Origin: Dehalococcoidia bacterium
Lineage (GTDB): Bacteria > Chloroflexota > Dehalococcoidia > UBA2979
Assembly: GCA_964291495.2 (NCBI GenBank)
Contig: OZ219871.1
Span: forward strand, 1-64,000
DNA length: 64,000 bases
Direction of reading: 5' to 3'
Part shown: in pieces, positions 1-14,952 of the stretch
How the letters are laid out: the number at the start of each line of letters is the position of its first letter
How positions within the stretch are numbered: the stretch's first letter is position 1
Position numbers and translations under genes: made by a program
Notes under the pieces: model-generated
What the model saw: only the letters and a program-made list of their open reading frames with translations
Databases searched by the model: none
Told to the model about the DNA's origin: nothing

Positions 1-451
1 CGCGGCGCAATCGCACCCACGGGCGACCGTCATCGCCGCCGACACGATCGTCGCCCTCGGCGGGCGCATGCTGGGCAAGCCGAACGGGGCGGAGGAGGCC
101 GCGGCGATGCTCGGATCGCTGCGCGGACGCCCCCACGAGGTGGTGAGCGCCGTCGCGGTCACCGCGGAGGGCCGCGAAGCCGTCGAGGCGGCGGCGACCG
201 CCGTGACGATGCGCGACTACGGCGACGAGGAGATCGCTCGCTTCATCGCGCGCGGCGAGCCGTTCGACAAGGCGGGCGGCTATGCGGTGCAGGACGCGGA
301 GTTCGCCCCGGCCGCGAGCGTGGACGGCTGCCTCTGCGCCGTGATCGGACTACCGCTGTGGACCGTGCGCGGCCTGCTTGCGAGCGTCGCCGGCATCGAG
401 GCCGCGCCACCCGCCTTGGAGCGCTGCGCCGCCTGCCCGCTGCGCGCGTAG
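1..451 (+). CDS. maf: Maf-family nucleoside triphosphate pyrophosphatase (5' truncated by window edge)
   Basis: IAADTIV..LGKP, GRPHEVVSAV, GEPFDKAGGYAVQ and VIGLP motifs; frame is open from the window start. Confidence 0.9.
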   Translation, partial: AAQSHPRATVIAADTIVALGGRMLGKPNGAEEAAAMLGSLRGRPHEVVSAVAVTAEGREAVEAAATAVTMRDYGDEEIARFIARGEPFDKAGGYAVQDAEFAPAASVDGCLCAVIGLPLWTVRGLLASVAGIEAAPPALERCAACPLRA

Positions 452-472
452 CGCGAGGGTGGGCCGAGCCCG

Positions 473-1039
473 CTACACCTGGACGACGAGCAACTCGCCG
501 ACGAACGTCGAGAGGCGCATCCGCACGCGGCGCTCGGCGTCCTCGTAGCCCTCGCTGCGCACGTGGATGTCCCGCACGACGCCCTCCTCGCGGCGCCCAA
601 GGACGTCGACGCTGCCGACGATCGACTGCGCCGTGACGTCGACGCCGACGGCGCGCGGCACGCGCACCTGGATCGTCCCCAGCCAGCAGAGCAGCGCGAG
701 CTCCGTCTCGCCGGGCGGCAGCTCCGCCTCGCGCAGGTCGAGCTCGATGTCGCCGACGACCGTCGAGATGACCGCGTCGTCCTCGACGGTCCAGCCGTCC
801 ACGGAGGAGCGCACGTGGCCGACCGCCAGCCGCAGCTTTCGCGTGAAGCGTCGCACGCGCCAGGCCGCGATGATCGCGAGCCCGCCAAGCGCTACGAAGG
901 CGAGGCCGAAGGCGCTGCCGATCGCGCCGGCGAGGCCGAGCGAGCGCGCGCCGGTGCTATCGATCAACAGCACGGCGCCGAGCGTCACGAGGTAGAGCGC
1001 GACCGTGACCGGGGCGACATCGCGCGCACGGGCGCTCAT
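473..1039 (-). CDS. LiaF-like cell-wall stress membrane protein (DUF2154-type C-terminal domain)
   Basis: Two N-terminal TM segments, then VGDIELDLREAELP..LGTIQVRVP beta repeats; ATG at 1039 overlaps the stop of the upstream gene. Confidence 0.75.
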   Translation of the reverse strand: MSARARDVAPVTVALYLVTLGAVLLIDSTGARSLGLAGAIGSAFGLAFVALGGLAIIAAWRVRRFTRKLRLAVGHVRSSVDGWTVEDDAVISTVVGDIELDLREAELPPGETELALLCWLGTIQVRVPRAVGVDVTAQSIVGSVDVLGRREEGVVRDIHVRSEGYEDAERRVRMRLSTFVGELLVVQV

Positions 1040-1203
1040 TGGCCTCGCCTCCGCCAGGCGCGGCGCAGGCGCTCGTAGAGGATGACGGCGCCGACGCCGA
1101 TCAGGATCAGCGGCCACAGCTCGCGGATGCCGAACTCGGTGATGCCGAGCGACTCCGCGAGGAAGATCAGGCCGATGATGACGAGTACGACCCCGAAGGC
1201 CAC
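1036..1203 (-). CDS. Small membrane protein, DUF5668/LiaI-like
   Basis: GVVLVIIGLIFL...LWPLILIGVG motif; GTG start at 1203 inferred. Confidence 0.7.
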   Translation of the reverse strand: MAFGVVLVIIGLIFLAESLGITEFGIRELWPLILIGVGAVILYERLRRAWRRRGQ

Positions 1204-1368
1204 CTTCGGTCCTTCCCGCTCGGCGCCGCGCGAACGCGCTGGCGATTCCGCGCCTTCATTGTACGGCGGCCCCCACGACAAGCTGCCAGCGCCAGATGCT
1301 GGCGCTCACCGGAACCGCGTCCGAGAATGGACACGTGCGCGACAGACACGTCCGGGTCAGGGGGTGAG

Positions 1369-2064
1369 ATGAGCGAAGCGATCATCGAGATCACGGACCT
1401 CGTCAAGACCTACGAGACGGGCGAGGTCCAGGTCCGCGCCCTGCGCGGCGTCTCACTCTCCGTCCAGCCCGCCGAGATGGTCGCGATCATGGGCCCGTCC
1501 GGCTGCGGCAAGACCACGCTGCTCAACACCGCCTCCGGCCTCGACGACCCCACCAGCGGCACCATCATGATCGAGGGTACCGACCTCGAGAGCCTCGACG
1601 ACAACACGAAGACCTCGTACCGCGCGCGCCGCATGGGGTTCATCTTCCAGTTCTACAACCTGCTGCCCGTGCTGAGCGCCGTCGAGAACGTCGAGCTTCC
1701 GCTGCTGGTCTCCGGCACGCCGTCGTCCGAGGCGCGCGAGCGCTCGCTGGCGGGGCTCGAGCAGGTCGGCCTGACCGAGTGGGCGGACCACCGGCCGGGC
1801 CAGCTCTCCGGCGGTCAGCGCCAGCGGGTCACGATCGCCCGCGCGCTCGTCAACGATCCGGCGATCGTGTGGGCGGACGAGCCGACGGGCGACCTCGACT
1901 CCGTGACGGCGAACCAGATCATGGACCTGCTGATCGGTCTCAATGAGTCGCAGGGCCAGACGTTCGTGCTGGTAACGCACGGACGCGAGATCGCGGAGCG
2001 CTGCCACCGCATCGTCCACATGCGTGACGGCGAGATCGAGAGCGAGGAGCAGCTGGTTGGATAG
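1369..2064 (+). CDS. ABC exporter ATP-binding subunit (LolD/MacB type)
   Basis: GPSGCGKTT Walker A, LSGGQRQR signature, WADEPTGDLD. Confidence 0.93.
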   Translation: MSEAIIEITDLVKTYETGEVQVRALRGVSLSVQPAEMVAIMGPSGCGKTTLLNTASGLDDPTSGTIMIEGTDLESLDDNTKTSYRARRMGFIFQFYNLLPVLSAVENVELPLLVSGTPSSEARERSLAGLEQVGLTEWADHRPGQLSGGQRQRVTIARALVNDPAIVWADEPTGDLDSVTANQIMDLLIGLNESQGQTFVLVTHGREIAERCHRIVHMRDGEIESEEQLVG

Positions 2065-5000
2065 CCTCTTCGGGATCCCGCTGACCAGCATCCTCGTCGC
2101 GCTGCTGCTCGCGCTCGGCGGGATCTTCGCGATCCTCGGCGTCATCGCCTGGCGCCAGCCCCTGCTGGTGCGCATGGGGCTGCGCAACATCGGCCGGCGC
2201 AAGCCGCAGACCGCGCTGATCGTGATCGGGCTCATGCTCTCCACGCTGATCATCAGCGCCGCCTTCGCGACCGGCGACACGGTCGGCTACTCGATCGCGA
2301 ACGAGGTCTACGACCAGTTCGAGGAAGCCGACATCCTGATCGCGTACGACGACGATATCTCGGAGTTCGGCGATCGCTTCCTGACCGACGAGTTCCTCGA
2401 TGCGCTCACCGCCGAGTTCATCAACGATCCCGACATCGACGGCATCACGGGCGTCCTCAACGAGGTGCTGCCCGTGATCAATCCCGAGCGACGCCTCTCC
2501 GAGGCCAACGCCAGTCTGATCGGCGTCGATCCCACGACCGTGGACGCGTTCAAGGGTCTGAAGACCCTCGACGGCGAGCTCATCCCGGGCTCCACCCTCG
2601 GCGGATTGCGCGCCCATGTCTCGGAGGACCTTGCCGACGGAATCAACGTCGTGGCCGGCGACACCATCCACGTCTTCCACGGCGGCGAGCCGACAGCGTT
2701 CGAGGTGATCGACATCGTCCAGAACACCTCGATCACCCAGGCCCAGGGAGGGGCCGGGGGCCTCGTCGTCAGTCTCGATGTCGCTCGCGAACTGACCGGC
2801 AACGAAGGCAGCCTGACCGCTATCGCGGTGTCCATCACGGGGGGCGTGCGCGATACGCTGGACCTCAACGACGAAGTCGCGAACCGGGTCGAGGACTTCA
2901 TCGCGGCGCACCCGGAGAGTCAGGCCGAGATCTTCTTCACGAAGAAGGAGGCGGTCGAGCTCGCGGAACTGATCGGCTCGATCTTCGTCACCTTCTTCCT
3001 GATCTTCGGGTTGTTCGCGATCGCCTCGGGGATTCTGCTGATCTTCATGATCTTCGTCATGCTCGCCGCCGAGCGCCGCTCGGAGATGGGGATGGCGCGC
3101 GCCGTCGGCATGCAGCGGTTGCACCTCACCGAGTCGTTCCTCGCCGAGGGGATGGCGTACAACGTCGGCTCCGCTGCGGTGGGCGCCCTGCTCGGCCTCG
3201 CGGTCGCGTTCCTGCTGGTGCTCGTGCTGGGCCGGATCTTCACCGAGGCGCTGGGCTTCGGGATCACGTTCAACTTCAACTGGCAGGGCTTCCTTATCGC
3301 CTACAGCCTGGGCGTGGTCCTGACCTTCGCGACCGTCGCGTTCTCCTCGTTCCGCATCGCGAACCTCAACATCGTGCGCGCGATCCGTGATCTGCCGGAG
3401 CCGCAGCCGCTGCGAGGCGCGGACCGCTCGTTCGGCAGCCTGCTCAAGTCCGCGGTCGGCGCGTTGTGGATGGTCGGCTGGATCGTCGTGCTGGTGGTCT
3501 CCGGGTACTTCACGATTCTTCTCACCGTGCTCGCGATCGTGGCGGTCTTCGGCAACCTGCCGCTGATCCTCGAGGCGATCTTCAGCGGCGCCGCGCTGAT
3601 GGCCGTCGCCGCGCTCATGTTCTTCGGCGCACGCACCGTCGGCCGAGGGCGGTTCCTCGAGATGGAGGGCTGGCAGAACTGGCTGATCTGGGCGCTGTGG
3701 ATGAGCGTCTTCAGCGTGGTTGCCGCCGGCGTATGGCTGCTGCAGCTCTCGCGTGACTGGGCCGGACGGCACCGCAACGCGGGCGGCTGGGCCGTCATCA
3801 TGCTGCTCATCGGCGCGACGTTCGTCTGGCTCTCGGGCTGGGGCCTCGACGCCCTGAGCGCGTTCCAGGGTCAGGCGTTCGCCTACACGGGCGGCTTCAC
3901 GCTCGCCGTGCTCGCCGTGGCGATGCTGCTCGTCTACTTCGGCATAAACGAGCGCCTCTCCTTCACGGTCGCCGGGCTCGGCCTGGTCTGGTACTGGGTG
4001 CTCCCGCTCCCCTTCTCGCTCTTCCTCGATCTCGAGAGCGTGGTCGGCGGCGACCTCGACCCGATCGACGGCGTCCTGCGGCTGCTCGGTCTCCCGAGGC
4101 CGGGACACATCGAGGGCAACGTCGAGATGTTCTTCGTCTCGGGGATTGCGATCACGGCGGCGGCGGTGCTCGTCATCATCCTCAACGCCGAGGTGGCGCT
4201 CGCGCCGGTGCGCTGGCTTGGCGGGTTGCTCGGCGGGATCGCGCCGGCGATCAAGACGGCGATCGCCTACCCGGTCGCCTCGAAGTTCCGCACCGGGATG
4301 ACCCTCGCGATGTTCGGGCTCGTCGTCTTCAGCCTCGTGGTCATGGCCACGCTCAACTCGAACTTCACCCAGGCCTTCCTCAGCGACGACGCGGCCGGCG
4401 GCTTCGATGTCGCCGTCGACGTCAACCCCAACAACCGCATCCCCGACCTGCGCGACGCGCTCCGCTCCGCCGGCTACGAGCCCGATACCTCGATCGGCGG
4501 CGCCGGGCGCCTTGTCTCCGCCTTCCCCCAGGTGAGGCGCAGCGACGACGCCCTCGGCAACGAGGGCTATGAGACCTATCACCTGGCGGGCATGGACGAC
4601 GAGTTCCTCGACCTGCAACGCTTCCCCATCGAGCACCGCGCGGCCGGGTACGACAGCGACGAGGCGGTGTGGGAGGCGCTCCGCAGCGATCCCGGCGTCG
4701 CCGTCGTCGACGCCTCACGCCTCGTGGAGCCCACCGAGTTCGGCGGCGACCCGAACGAGCCGGGCGACTTCTGGCTCGGCGTCACCGATCACGAGCTTCG
4801 CCACAACCCGTGGGATCCGATCCCGCTCACCTTCCGCGACCCGGAAAGTGGTCAGACCGTCGAGCTGCGGATCATCGGAGTGCTCGAGCCGCAGGTCACC
4901 TCGGTGATCCCGGACTTCTTCGCCATCTTCACGCACGCCTCGGCGGTCGAGGAGTACTTCGAGGGCGGCGACTGGGAGGCCTACTACGTCGTGACCGCCG

Positions 5001-5524
5001 AGGCGACCGACGAGGCCGCGATCGAGACCGCGCGCGACATCGAGTCGACGCTGCTGGAACTCGGCGTGCAGGCGAACTCGATCGACAAGCTGATCGACGA
5101 CCAGGCGTCCACCTCGCGCTCGTTCCAGTACCTGTTCGAGGGCTTCATGGGGCTCGGACTGATCGTCGGCATCGCGGCGCTCGGAGTGATCGCCTTCCGC
5201 ACCGTGGTGGAGCGGCGCCAGCAGATCGGGATGCTGCGCGCGATCGGCTACAGCCGCAGGCTGGTGGCGATCTCCTACTTCCTCGAGTCCTCGTTCATCG
5301 CACTGGCGGGCATCGCCATCGGGATCACGCTCGGGTTGGCGATCTCCTACAACCTGCTGGCCAGTCCGGAGTTCACCGGCGGCACGGAGATCGACTTCCA
5401 GGTGCCGTGGGCGCGGCTGGCGGTGGTCCTCGGTGTCGCCTATGGCGCGAGCGCGCTGATGACGCTGCTCCCCGCCCGCGCCGCCTCGCGCGTCGCCGTC
5501 GCCGAGGCGCTGAGGTACGAGTAG
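2057..5524 (+). CDS. Large FtsX/MacB-like ABC permease with two FtsX domains
   Basis: ERRSEMGMARAVG and ERRQQIGMLRAIG motifs, many TM helices; TTG start at 2057 overlaps the ATPase 3' end. Confidence 0.88.
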   Translation: MDSLFGIPLTSILVALLLALGGIFAILGVIAWRQPLLVRMGLRNIGRRKPQTALIVIGLMLSTLIISAAFATGDTVGYSIANEVYDQFEEADILIAYDDDISEFGDRFLTDEFLDALTAEFINDPDIDGITGVLNEVLPVINPERRLSEANASLIGVDPTTVDAFKGLKTLDGELIPGSTLGGLRAHVSEDLADGINVVAGDTIHVFHGGEPTAFEVIDIVQNTSITQAQGGAGGLVVSLDVARELTGNEGSLTAIAVSITGGVRDTLDLNDEVANRVEDFIAAHPESQAEIFFTKKEAVELAELIGSIFVTFFLIFGLFAIASGILLIFMIFVMLAAERRSEMGMARAVGMQRLHLTESFLAEGMAYNVGSAAVGALLGLAVAFLLVLVLGRIFTEALGFGITFNFNWQGFLIAYSLGVVLTFATVAFSSFRIANLNIVRAIRDLPEPQPLRGADRSFGSLLKSAVGALWMVGWIVVLVVSGYFTILLTVLAIVAVFGNLPLILEAIFSGAALMAVAALMFFGARTVGRGRFLEMEGWQNWLIWALWMSVFSVVAAGVWLLQLSRDWAGRHRNAGGWAVIMLLIGATFVWLSGWGLDALSAFQGQAFAYTGGFTLAVLAVAMLLVYFGINERLSFTVAGLGLVWYWVLPLPFSLFLDLESVVGGDLDPIDGVLRLLGLPRPGHIEGNVEMFFVSGIAITAAAVLVIILNAEVALAPVRWLGGLLGGIAPAIKTAIAYPVASKFRTGMTLAMFGLVVFSLVVMATLNSNFTQAFLSDDAAGGFDVAVDVNPNNRIPDLRDALRSAGYEPDTSIGGAGRLVSAFPQVRRSDDALGNEGYETYHLAGMDDEFLDLQRFPIEHRAAGYDSDEAVWEALRSDPGVAVVDASRLVEPTEFGGDPNEPGDFWLGVTDHELRHNPWDPIPLTFRDPESGQTVELRIIGVLEPQVTSVIPDFFAIFTHASAVEEYFEGGDWEAYYVVTAEATDEAAIETARDIESTLLELGVQANSIDKLIDDQASTSRSFQYLFEGFMGLGLIVGIAALGVIAFRTVVERRQQIGMLRAIGYSRRLVAISYFLESSFIALAGIAIGITLGLAISYNLLASPEFTGGTEIDFQVPWARLAVVLGVAYGASALMTLLPARAASRVAVAEALRYE

Positions 5525-5575
5525 GCGCCACGCGACGCCGTCATTCCTCCGCGGAGTTGGAAGCCGAGAAGAAGG

Positions 5576-10126
<4,551 letters not shown>

Positions 10127-10345
10127 GGCACGCGCCCTCCGGAACGGCTCAACTCACCCCCACCGCGGGGGAGGAGTCTCCGAGGAATGCACAATCATAG
10201 CCCACACCCGGAACAGCCCGTTGTGAGGACGGCCGGTCGTGGGCGCCGAACTTGGCGATACTCTATTCTGCGCAAAATTTCACAAACTTTCAAGCCACCT
10301 CCCCCCTCCGCTCGCGCGGCCGCGGCAGCGTGACTCGCCGCGAGG

Positions 10346-11593
10346 CTAGCCGAGCTCCGGCGTCGGTCGCTCGTCCCACACCACCTCGCGTTCGACGAGC
10401 GCGTCGATGCCCGCGGCGTCGAGGCCGAGCAGCCCGGCGAGCAGCGCCCTCGAGTCCTGGCCCATGTCCGGCGAGGTGCCCTGGATCGCGCCGGGTGTGC
10501 GGGAGAGCTTGATCGGCGTCTCCACCAGCGGGAGCGTGCCGAGCGTGTGGTGCTCCACGGGCTTGAGCATTCCGCGCGCCCCCACCTGCGGCTGCGCCGC
10601 GGCCTCGGCGATGTTGTTGAGCGGCCCGCAGGGGATCTCGTACGGCGTCAGCCGCTCCACCCACTCGGCCGTGGTGCGCTTGCGGAACGCCTCGTTGAGC
10701 AGCGGTTCCAGCTCCGCGTGGTTCGCCGAGCGCGCGTGCGCCTCGGCGAAGCGCGGGTCGTCGATCAGTTCCACGACATCCAGCTCCGAGCAGAGCAGGG
10801 CCCACTGGTTCGGCACGCCCCAGGCGAGGGCGACGACGATGTAGCCGTCCGCGGTGGGAAACGCCTGGAACGGCACGGCCCAGGAGTGCCGCGTCCCCAG
10901 CGGCTGCGGCAGCTGGCCCGTCAGGTGGTAGCGCAGCAAGGCGTTCTCCTGGATCGCCAGCTGGCAGTCCAGCATCGAGATGTCGACGAGCTGGCCGCGG
11001 CCCGACGTCTCGCGCTCGCGCAGCGCCGCGAGGATGCCGACCGCGCCAAACAGCCCGCCCGCGATGTCGGCGAGCGAGAGGCCAGGCTTGAGCGGTGGCC
11101 CGTCCGGCTCGCCGGTCACGGACATCACGCCGCCCGCGCCCTGGATCACCACGTCGAGGGCCGGCCGATCGCGCATCGGCCCGGTCTGGCCGTAGCCGGA
11201 GATGGCAGCGTAGATCAGGCCGGGATGGACCTCGGCGAGCCGCTCGTAGCCGAGGCCGAGGCGCTCGAGCGTGCCCGGCCGGAAGTTCTCGACCAGCACG
11301 TCGAACTGCGGCACGAGCTGCAGGAACAGCTCGCGCCCCTCCTCCTGCTTGAGGTCGATCGCGATGCTGCGCTTGCCTCGATTGACGCTGAAGAAGTAGC
11401 CGGACTCGCCGTCGAGGAGCGGGCCAGTGGTGCGGGCCACGTCGCCGAAAGGCGGGCGCTCGCACTTCACCACCTCCGCGCCGAGGTCGCAGAGGATCAT
11501 CGTGCAGTACGGGCCGGCGAGCACCCAGCTCAGGTCCAGCACGCGCAGGCCGCTCAGCGGACCGCCGCTCATCGAGGATCCTTCCGCCATCAC
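10346..11593 (-). CDS. CaiB/BaiF family (class III) CoA-transferase
   Basis: PLSGLRVLDLS..LAGP, NRGKRSI, ENFRPG, catalytic Asp in LADIAGG. Confidence 0.92.
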   Translation of the reverse strand: MMAEGSSMSGGPLSGLRVLDLSWVLAGPYCTMILCDLGAEVVKCERPPFGDVARTTGPLLDGESGYFFSVNRGKRSIAIDLKQEEGRELFLQLVPQFDVLVENFRPGTLERLGLGYERLAEVHPGLIYAAISGYGQTGPMRDRPALDVVIQGAGGVMSVTGEPDGPPLKPGLSLADIAGGLFGAVGILAALRERETSGRGQLVDISMLDCQLAIQENALLRYHLTGQLPQPLGTRHSWAVPFQAFPTADGYIVVALAWGVPNQWALLCSELDVVELIDDPRFAEAHARSANHAELEPLLNEAFRKRTTAEWVERLTPYEIPCGPLNNIAEAAAQPQVGARGMLKPVEHHTLGTLPLVETPIKLSRTPGAIQGTSPDMGQDSRALLAGLLGLDAAGIDALVEREVVWDERPTPELG

Positions 11594-12501
11594 GCACTCG
11601 CGTCGTCGCGCCGCACGAGGCTGAGCCCGCCCCGCAGGGCGACGTACACCCCAGCGAGGAGCAGCGCGGCGCCGAGCGCCTCAAGCAGTGTAGGCCGCTC
11701 GCCGAGGAGCGTCGCGCCGATCGCGGTCGCGCCGACGGGCTCGCCGAGCACGGCGACGGCGACGACCGCCGCGGGCAGCGAGCCGAGCGCCCAGGTCAGC
11801 GCGCCGTGCCCCATCAGCTGCGGCACCAGCGCGAGCAGCACGATGAAGATGTAGGCCTCGGCGCCCCAGCCGAGCAGCGACTCGCCGCTGACGGCCAGCG
11901 CGACAAGTAGTGCGACCGCGGCGATCGCGTTGACCAGCGCGGCGTAGCTGACGTTCGAGAGCCTCGCGCGGACGCGCCGCCCGGCGACGAGGTAGATCGA
12001 GGCGAAGACGGCTCCCAGCGCCGCGAACGCGTCGCCGCGCAGCGAGACGCCGTCGCCGAGGTCCGAGCCCGCCAGCAGCAGCGCTCCGGCGGCGGCGATG
12101 GCGATCGCGGTAAAGAGGGCGCGCGTCGGTCGCTCCCGCAGCCACAGCCAGGCGCCGAGGCCGACGATCAGCGGCTGGGTCGCAACGATCGCCGTGCTGG
12201 CCGCGATCGAGGTGTCCTGCAGCGAGGCGACCCAGAAGCCGAAGTGAGCGGCGAGCGCGAGCCCCGCGAGCATCAGCAGGGCCACGTCGCCGCGCTCGAG
12301 CAGCCGCAGCTCCTCGCGGCGGCGCAGCCCCGAGAGCGCGAGCAGCGGGAGGGCGGCGAACGTCATGCGCAGCGAGGCCACCACCAGCGGCGGAGCGTCC
12401 GCCAGCCGGATCAGCGGCGCGGCCCAGGAGAGTGCAGCCACGCCCACGAGCAGCACGATCCACTCGTGCGACGCCACGCGCCCAAGCCACGCCCTGTCCA
12501 T
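11590..12501 (-). CDS. DMT/EamA family transporter (copy 2)
   Basis: About ten hydrophobic helices, LGEPVGA motif; close paralog of 12538-13458. Confidence 0.88.
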   Translation of the reverse strand: MDRAWLGRVASHEWIVLLVGVAALSWAAPLIRLADAPPLVVASLRMTFAALPLLALSGLRRREELRLLERGDVALLMLAGLALAAHFGFWVASLQDTSIAASTAIVATQPLIVGLGAWLWLRERPTRALFTAIAIAAAGALLLAGSDLGDGVSLRGDAFAALGAVFASIYLVAGRRVRARLSNVSYAALVNAIAAVALLVALAVSGESLLGWGAEAYIFIVLLALVPQLMGHGALTWALGSLPAAVVAVAVLGEPVGATAIGATLLGERPTLLEALGAALLLAGVYVALRGGLSLVRRDDASA

Positions 12502-12537
12502 GGGGCGACGCTAGCAGGTGCGCCCGCTAACGGGCGC

Positions 12538-13458
12538 TCACGAGGGCGCTCCGCCCCCATCCTCGCGCGTTACGAGGCGCAGCCCGCCGCGCAGCGCGAC
12601 GTAGACACCCACCAACAGCAGAGCGGCGCCGAGGGCCTCGAGCAGCGTCGGCGGCTCATCGAGGAGCGTCGCGCCGATCGCGGTCGCGCCCACCGGCTCG
12701 CCCAGCGCGGCCACCGCGACGACGGCGGCAGGCAGCGAGCCGAGGGCCCAGGTGAACGCCCCGTGCCCGAGGAGCTGCGGCAGCAGCGCGAGCAGCACGA
12801 TCAGGATGTAGGCCTCGGCGCCCCAGCCGAGCAGCGACTCGCCGCTCGCGGCCAGCGCGATCAGCAGCACGATCGCACCGATCGCGTTGGCCAGCGCGAA
12901 GTAGCTGACGTTCGAGAGCCTCGCCCGCACACGCCGCCCGGTCACGAGGTAGATCGAGGCGCAGACGGCGCCCAGCGCCGCGAAGGCGTCGCCGCGCAGC
13001 GAGACACCGTCGCCGAGGTCCGCGCCCGCCAGCACCAGCGCTCCGCCCGCGGCGATGGCGATGCCGATCAGCAGCGGGCGCGTCGGCCGCTCGCCGAGCG
13101 CGACCCAGGCGCCGAGCCCGACGATCAATGGCTGCGTCGCGATGATCGCGGTGGCCGCGGCGATCGAGGTGTCCTGCACCGAGGCGGTCCAGAGCCCGAT
13201 GTACCCGGCGAGCGCCAGCCCCGCGAGCGCCAGCAGCGCCGCGTCGCGTCTGCCGAGGAGGCGCAACTCCTCGCGGCGGCGCAGGGCGGAGACCGCGAGC
13301 AGCGGGAGCGCCGCCAGCACCAGCCGCAGCGAGGCGATGACGAGCGGCGGGGCATCCGTCAGGCGGACCAGTGGCGCGGCCCAGGCGAACCCCACCACTC
13401 CGGCGAGCAGCACGATCCACTCGCGCCCCGCCACGCCCTCGCGCCAGGCCTTGTTCAT
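12538..13458 (-). CDS. DMT/EamA family transporter (copy 1)
   Basis: Same architecture as 11590-12501, long near-identical DNA stretches. Confidence 0.88.
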   Translation of the reverse strand: MNKAWREGVAGREWIVLLAGVVGFAWAAPLVRLTDAPPLVIASLRLVLAALPLLAVSALRRREELRLLGRRDAALLALAGLALAGYIGLWTASVQDTSIAAATAIIATQPLIVGLGAWVALGERPTRPLLIGIAIAAGGALVLAGADLGDGVSLRGDAFAALGAVCASIYLVTGRRVRARLSNVSYFALANAIGAIVLLIALAASGESLLGWGAEAYILIVLLALLPQLLGHGAFTWALGSLPAAVVAVAALGEPVGATAIGATLLDEPPTLLEALGAALLLVGVYVALRGGLRLVTREDGGGAPS

Positions 13459-13508
13459 GCCGCGACGCTAGCAGGTGCTGCCCCTACCGGCCGGGTGACG
13501 GCAGAGCG

Positions 13509-14432
13509 CTAGCTCTCGCCCCCGTGCTCGGCGAGGAGCGCCTCGATCATCCTGCGCAGCTCGCCGCTCCTTGGCTCCGCGAAGAGCATGTCCACGAACT
13601 TATCCGAGTTGGGAGCGATGGCCGCGTAGTTGGGGTGGTAGCGGAAGCCGAGGCTCATCGCGAACTCCTTGTCCTCGCGGATGATCCAGTTGAGGATCAC
13701 GAAGTTCACCCGGTCCTGGAATTCGAGTCGAAGCGCGTTCACGACGTGCCGTACACGGTTGCAGGCCGGTCACCCGGGGTCATCGACGACGACGAAGGTC
13801 GGCATCCCGTTCACCGGCAGCCACGCCCCCGTGGACACGACCCGGTTCGGTGAAAGCTCGTCGCGCGACACTGTGACAGCCGGCCCGGTCGGGAAGTCGT
13901 AGCTCGGCTCGGGCGTCTCGGTCGGCGTCGGTTCGGGCGTTGCTGTCGGTGTCGGCTCAGGCGTCGCGGTGGGCGTTGGCTCTGGCGTTGCCGTCGGCGT
14001 CGGCTCTGGCGTCGCGGTTGGCGCTGGCTCCGGCGTCGCCGTCGGGGTTGGCTCCGGCGTCGCGGTTGGCGTTGGCTCTGGCGTCGCGGTTGGGGTCGGC
14101 TCAGGCGTCGCGGTCGGCGTCGGCTCAGGCGTCGCCGTCGGTGTCGGCTCAGGCGTGGCGGTGGGCGTTGGCTCGGGCGTTGCGGTCGGTCTCGGCTCGG
14201 GCGTTGCGGTCGGTCTCGGCTCGGGCGTTGCGGTGGCGGTCGGCGTCGGCTCGGGCGTAACGACTATGGTCGGCTGCGGCGTGGCCGTTGCTACGACGGC
14301 CGAGGGCGTCGTCGTTGCCTCGGGGGTCGGTTCAGCCTCGTCGTCGCCCGCGCAGGCCGCCGCCAGCGCCACGCAGGCAAGGGCCAGGACCGCGAGGCGC
14401 GGGGCTGGCATGTGACGCCGGAGGCGCGGCAT
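13509..14432 (-). CDS. Thioredoxin-fold lipoprotein, predicted selenoprotein (UPAC; TGA at 13770-13772), long Pro/Thr/Glu stalk
   Basis: ORFs 13770-14453 and 13509-13742 are in one frame: ..[35 protein letters not shown]..; lipobox LAAAC; GAGG RBS before ATG 14432; SECIS-like hairpin. Confidence 0.82.
13732..13750 (-). promoter_or_regulatory. Putative bacterial SECIS hairpin
   Basis: GGCACGU-CGUGA-ACGCGCU, loop at +27..+31 after the UGA, one A-C mismatch. Confidence 0.7.
13905..14256 (-). repeat. 24-bp coding tandem repeat (PEPTPTAT)n
   Basis: More than a dozen imperfect PTATPEPT units in the translation. Confidence 0.93.
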
Positions 14433-14439
14433 CAGCACC

Positions 14440-14883
14440 TCAGACCGGCTCAATCACCTGGATCGTGCTTGCCTCGACGAGCTGCACGCACTCGCAGGGG
14501 GTCATGCCGGGAAGCGCTTCCTGACCGGGCTCCATCCGCTCGAGGCTGTTCGCGATCGAGGCGATCTGCTCGCGCGAGCGTTCCAGCTCCTCGATGCGGC
14601 CGTCGAGCTGCTCGACGGCCTCGGCGAGCGTCCGGCTGAGGACCGTGCGGATATCGCCGCAGGTACCGTCGTGCGCGAGGCCGAGCACCGTGCCCATCTC
14701 GTTGAGCGACAGCCCGAGGCCGCGCAGCCCGACGGCGAGCCGCAGGGTCTCGACATGCTGCTCGGAGTAGTCGCGATACCCGTTCGCACGGCGTGGCGCC
14801 GGGGGCAGAACGCCCTGCCGCTCGTAGAAGCGGATTGTGTCGGCGCTGAGGCCGCTGGCGGTGGCGGCACGCTGGATGTTCAT
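14440..14883 (-). CDS. MerR-family heavy-metal-type transcriptional regulator
   Basis: [23 protein letters not shown]; Cys in GTCGD and C-terminal PCEC. Confidence 0.9.
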   Translation of the reverse strand: MNIQRAATASGLSADTIRFYERQGVLPPAPRRANGYRDYSEQHVETLRLAVGLRGLGLSLNEMGTVLGLAHDGTCGDIRTVLSRTLAEAVEQLDGRIEELERSREQIASIANSLERMEPGQEALPGMTPCECVQLVEASTIQVIEPV

Positions 14884-14952
14884 CCCGTTCGCCCGCTCCC
14901 GTTCTCGTTCGCCGTTTAAGGATACGCCGCCGCGAGGCGCTCGTGGCCCCGG

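Noticed and set aside
13905-14256. CRISPR array
   Set aside because: Contiguous in-frame 24-bp coding repeats without spacers; no cas genes.
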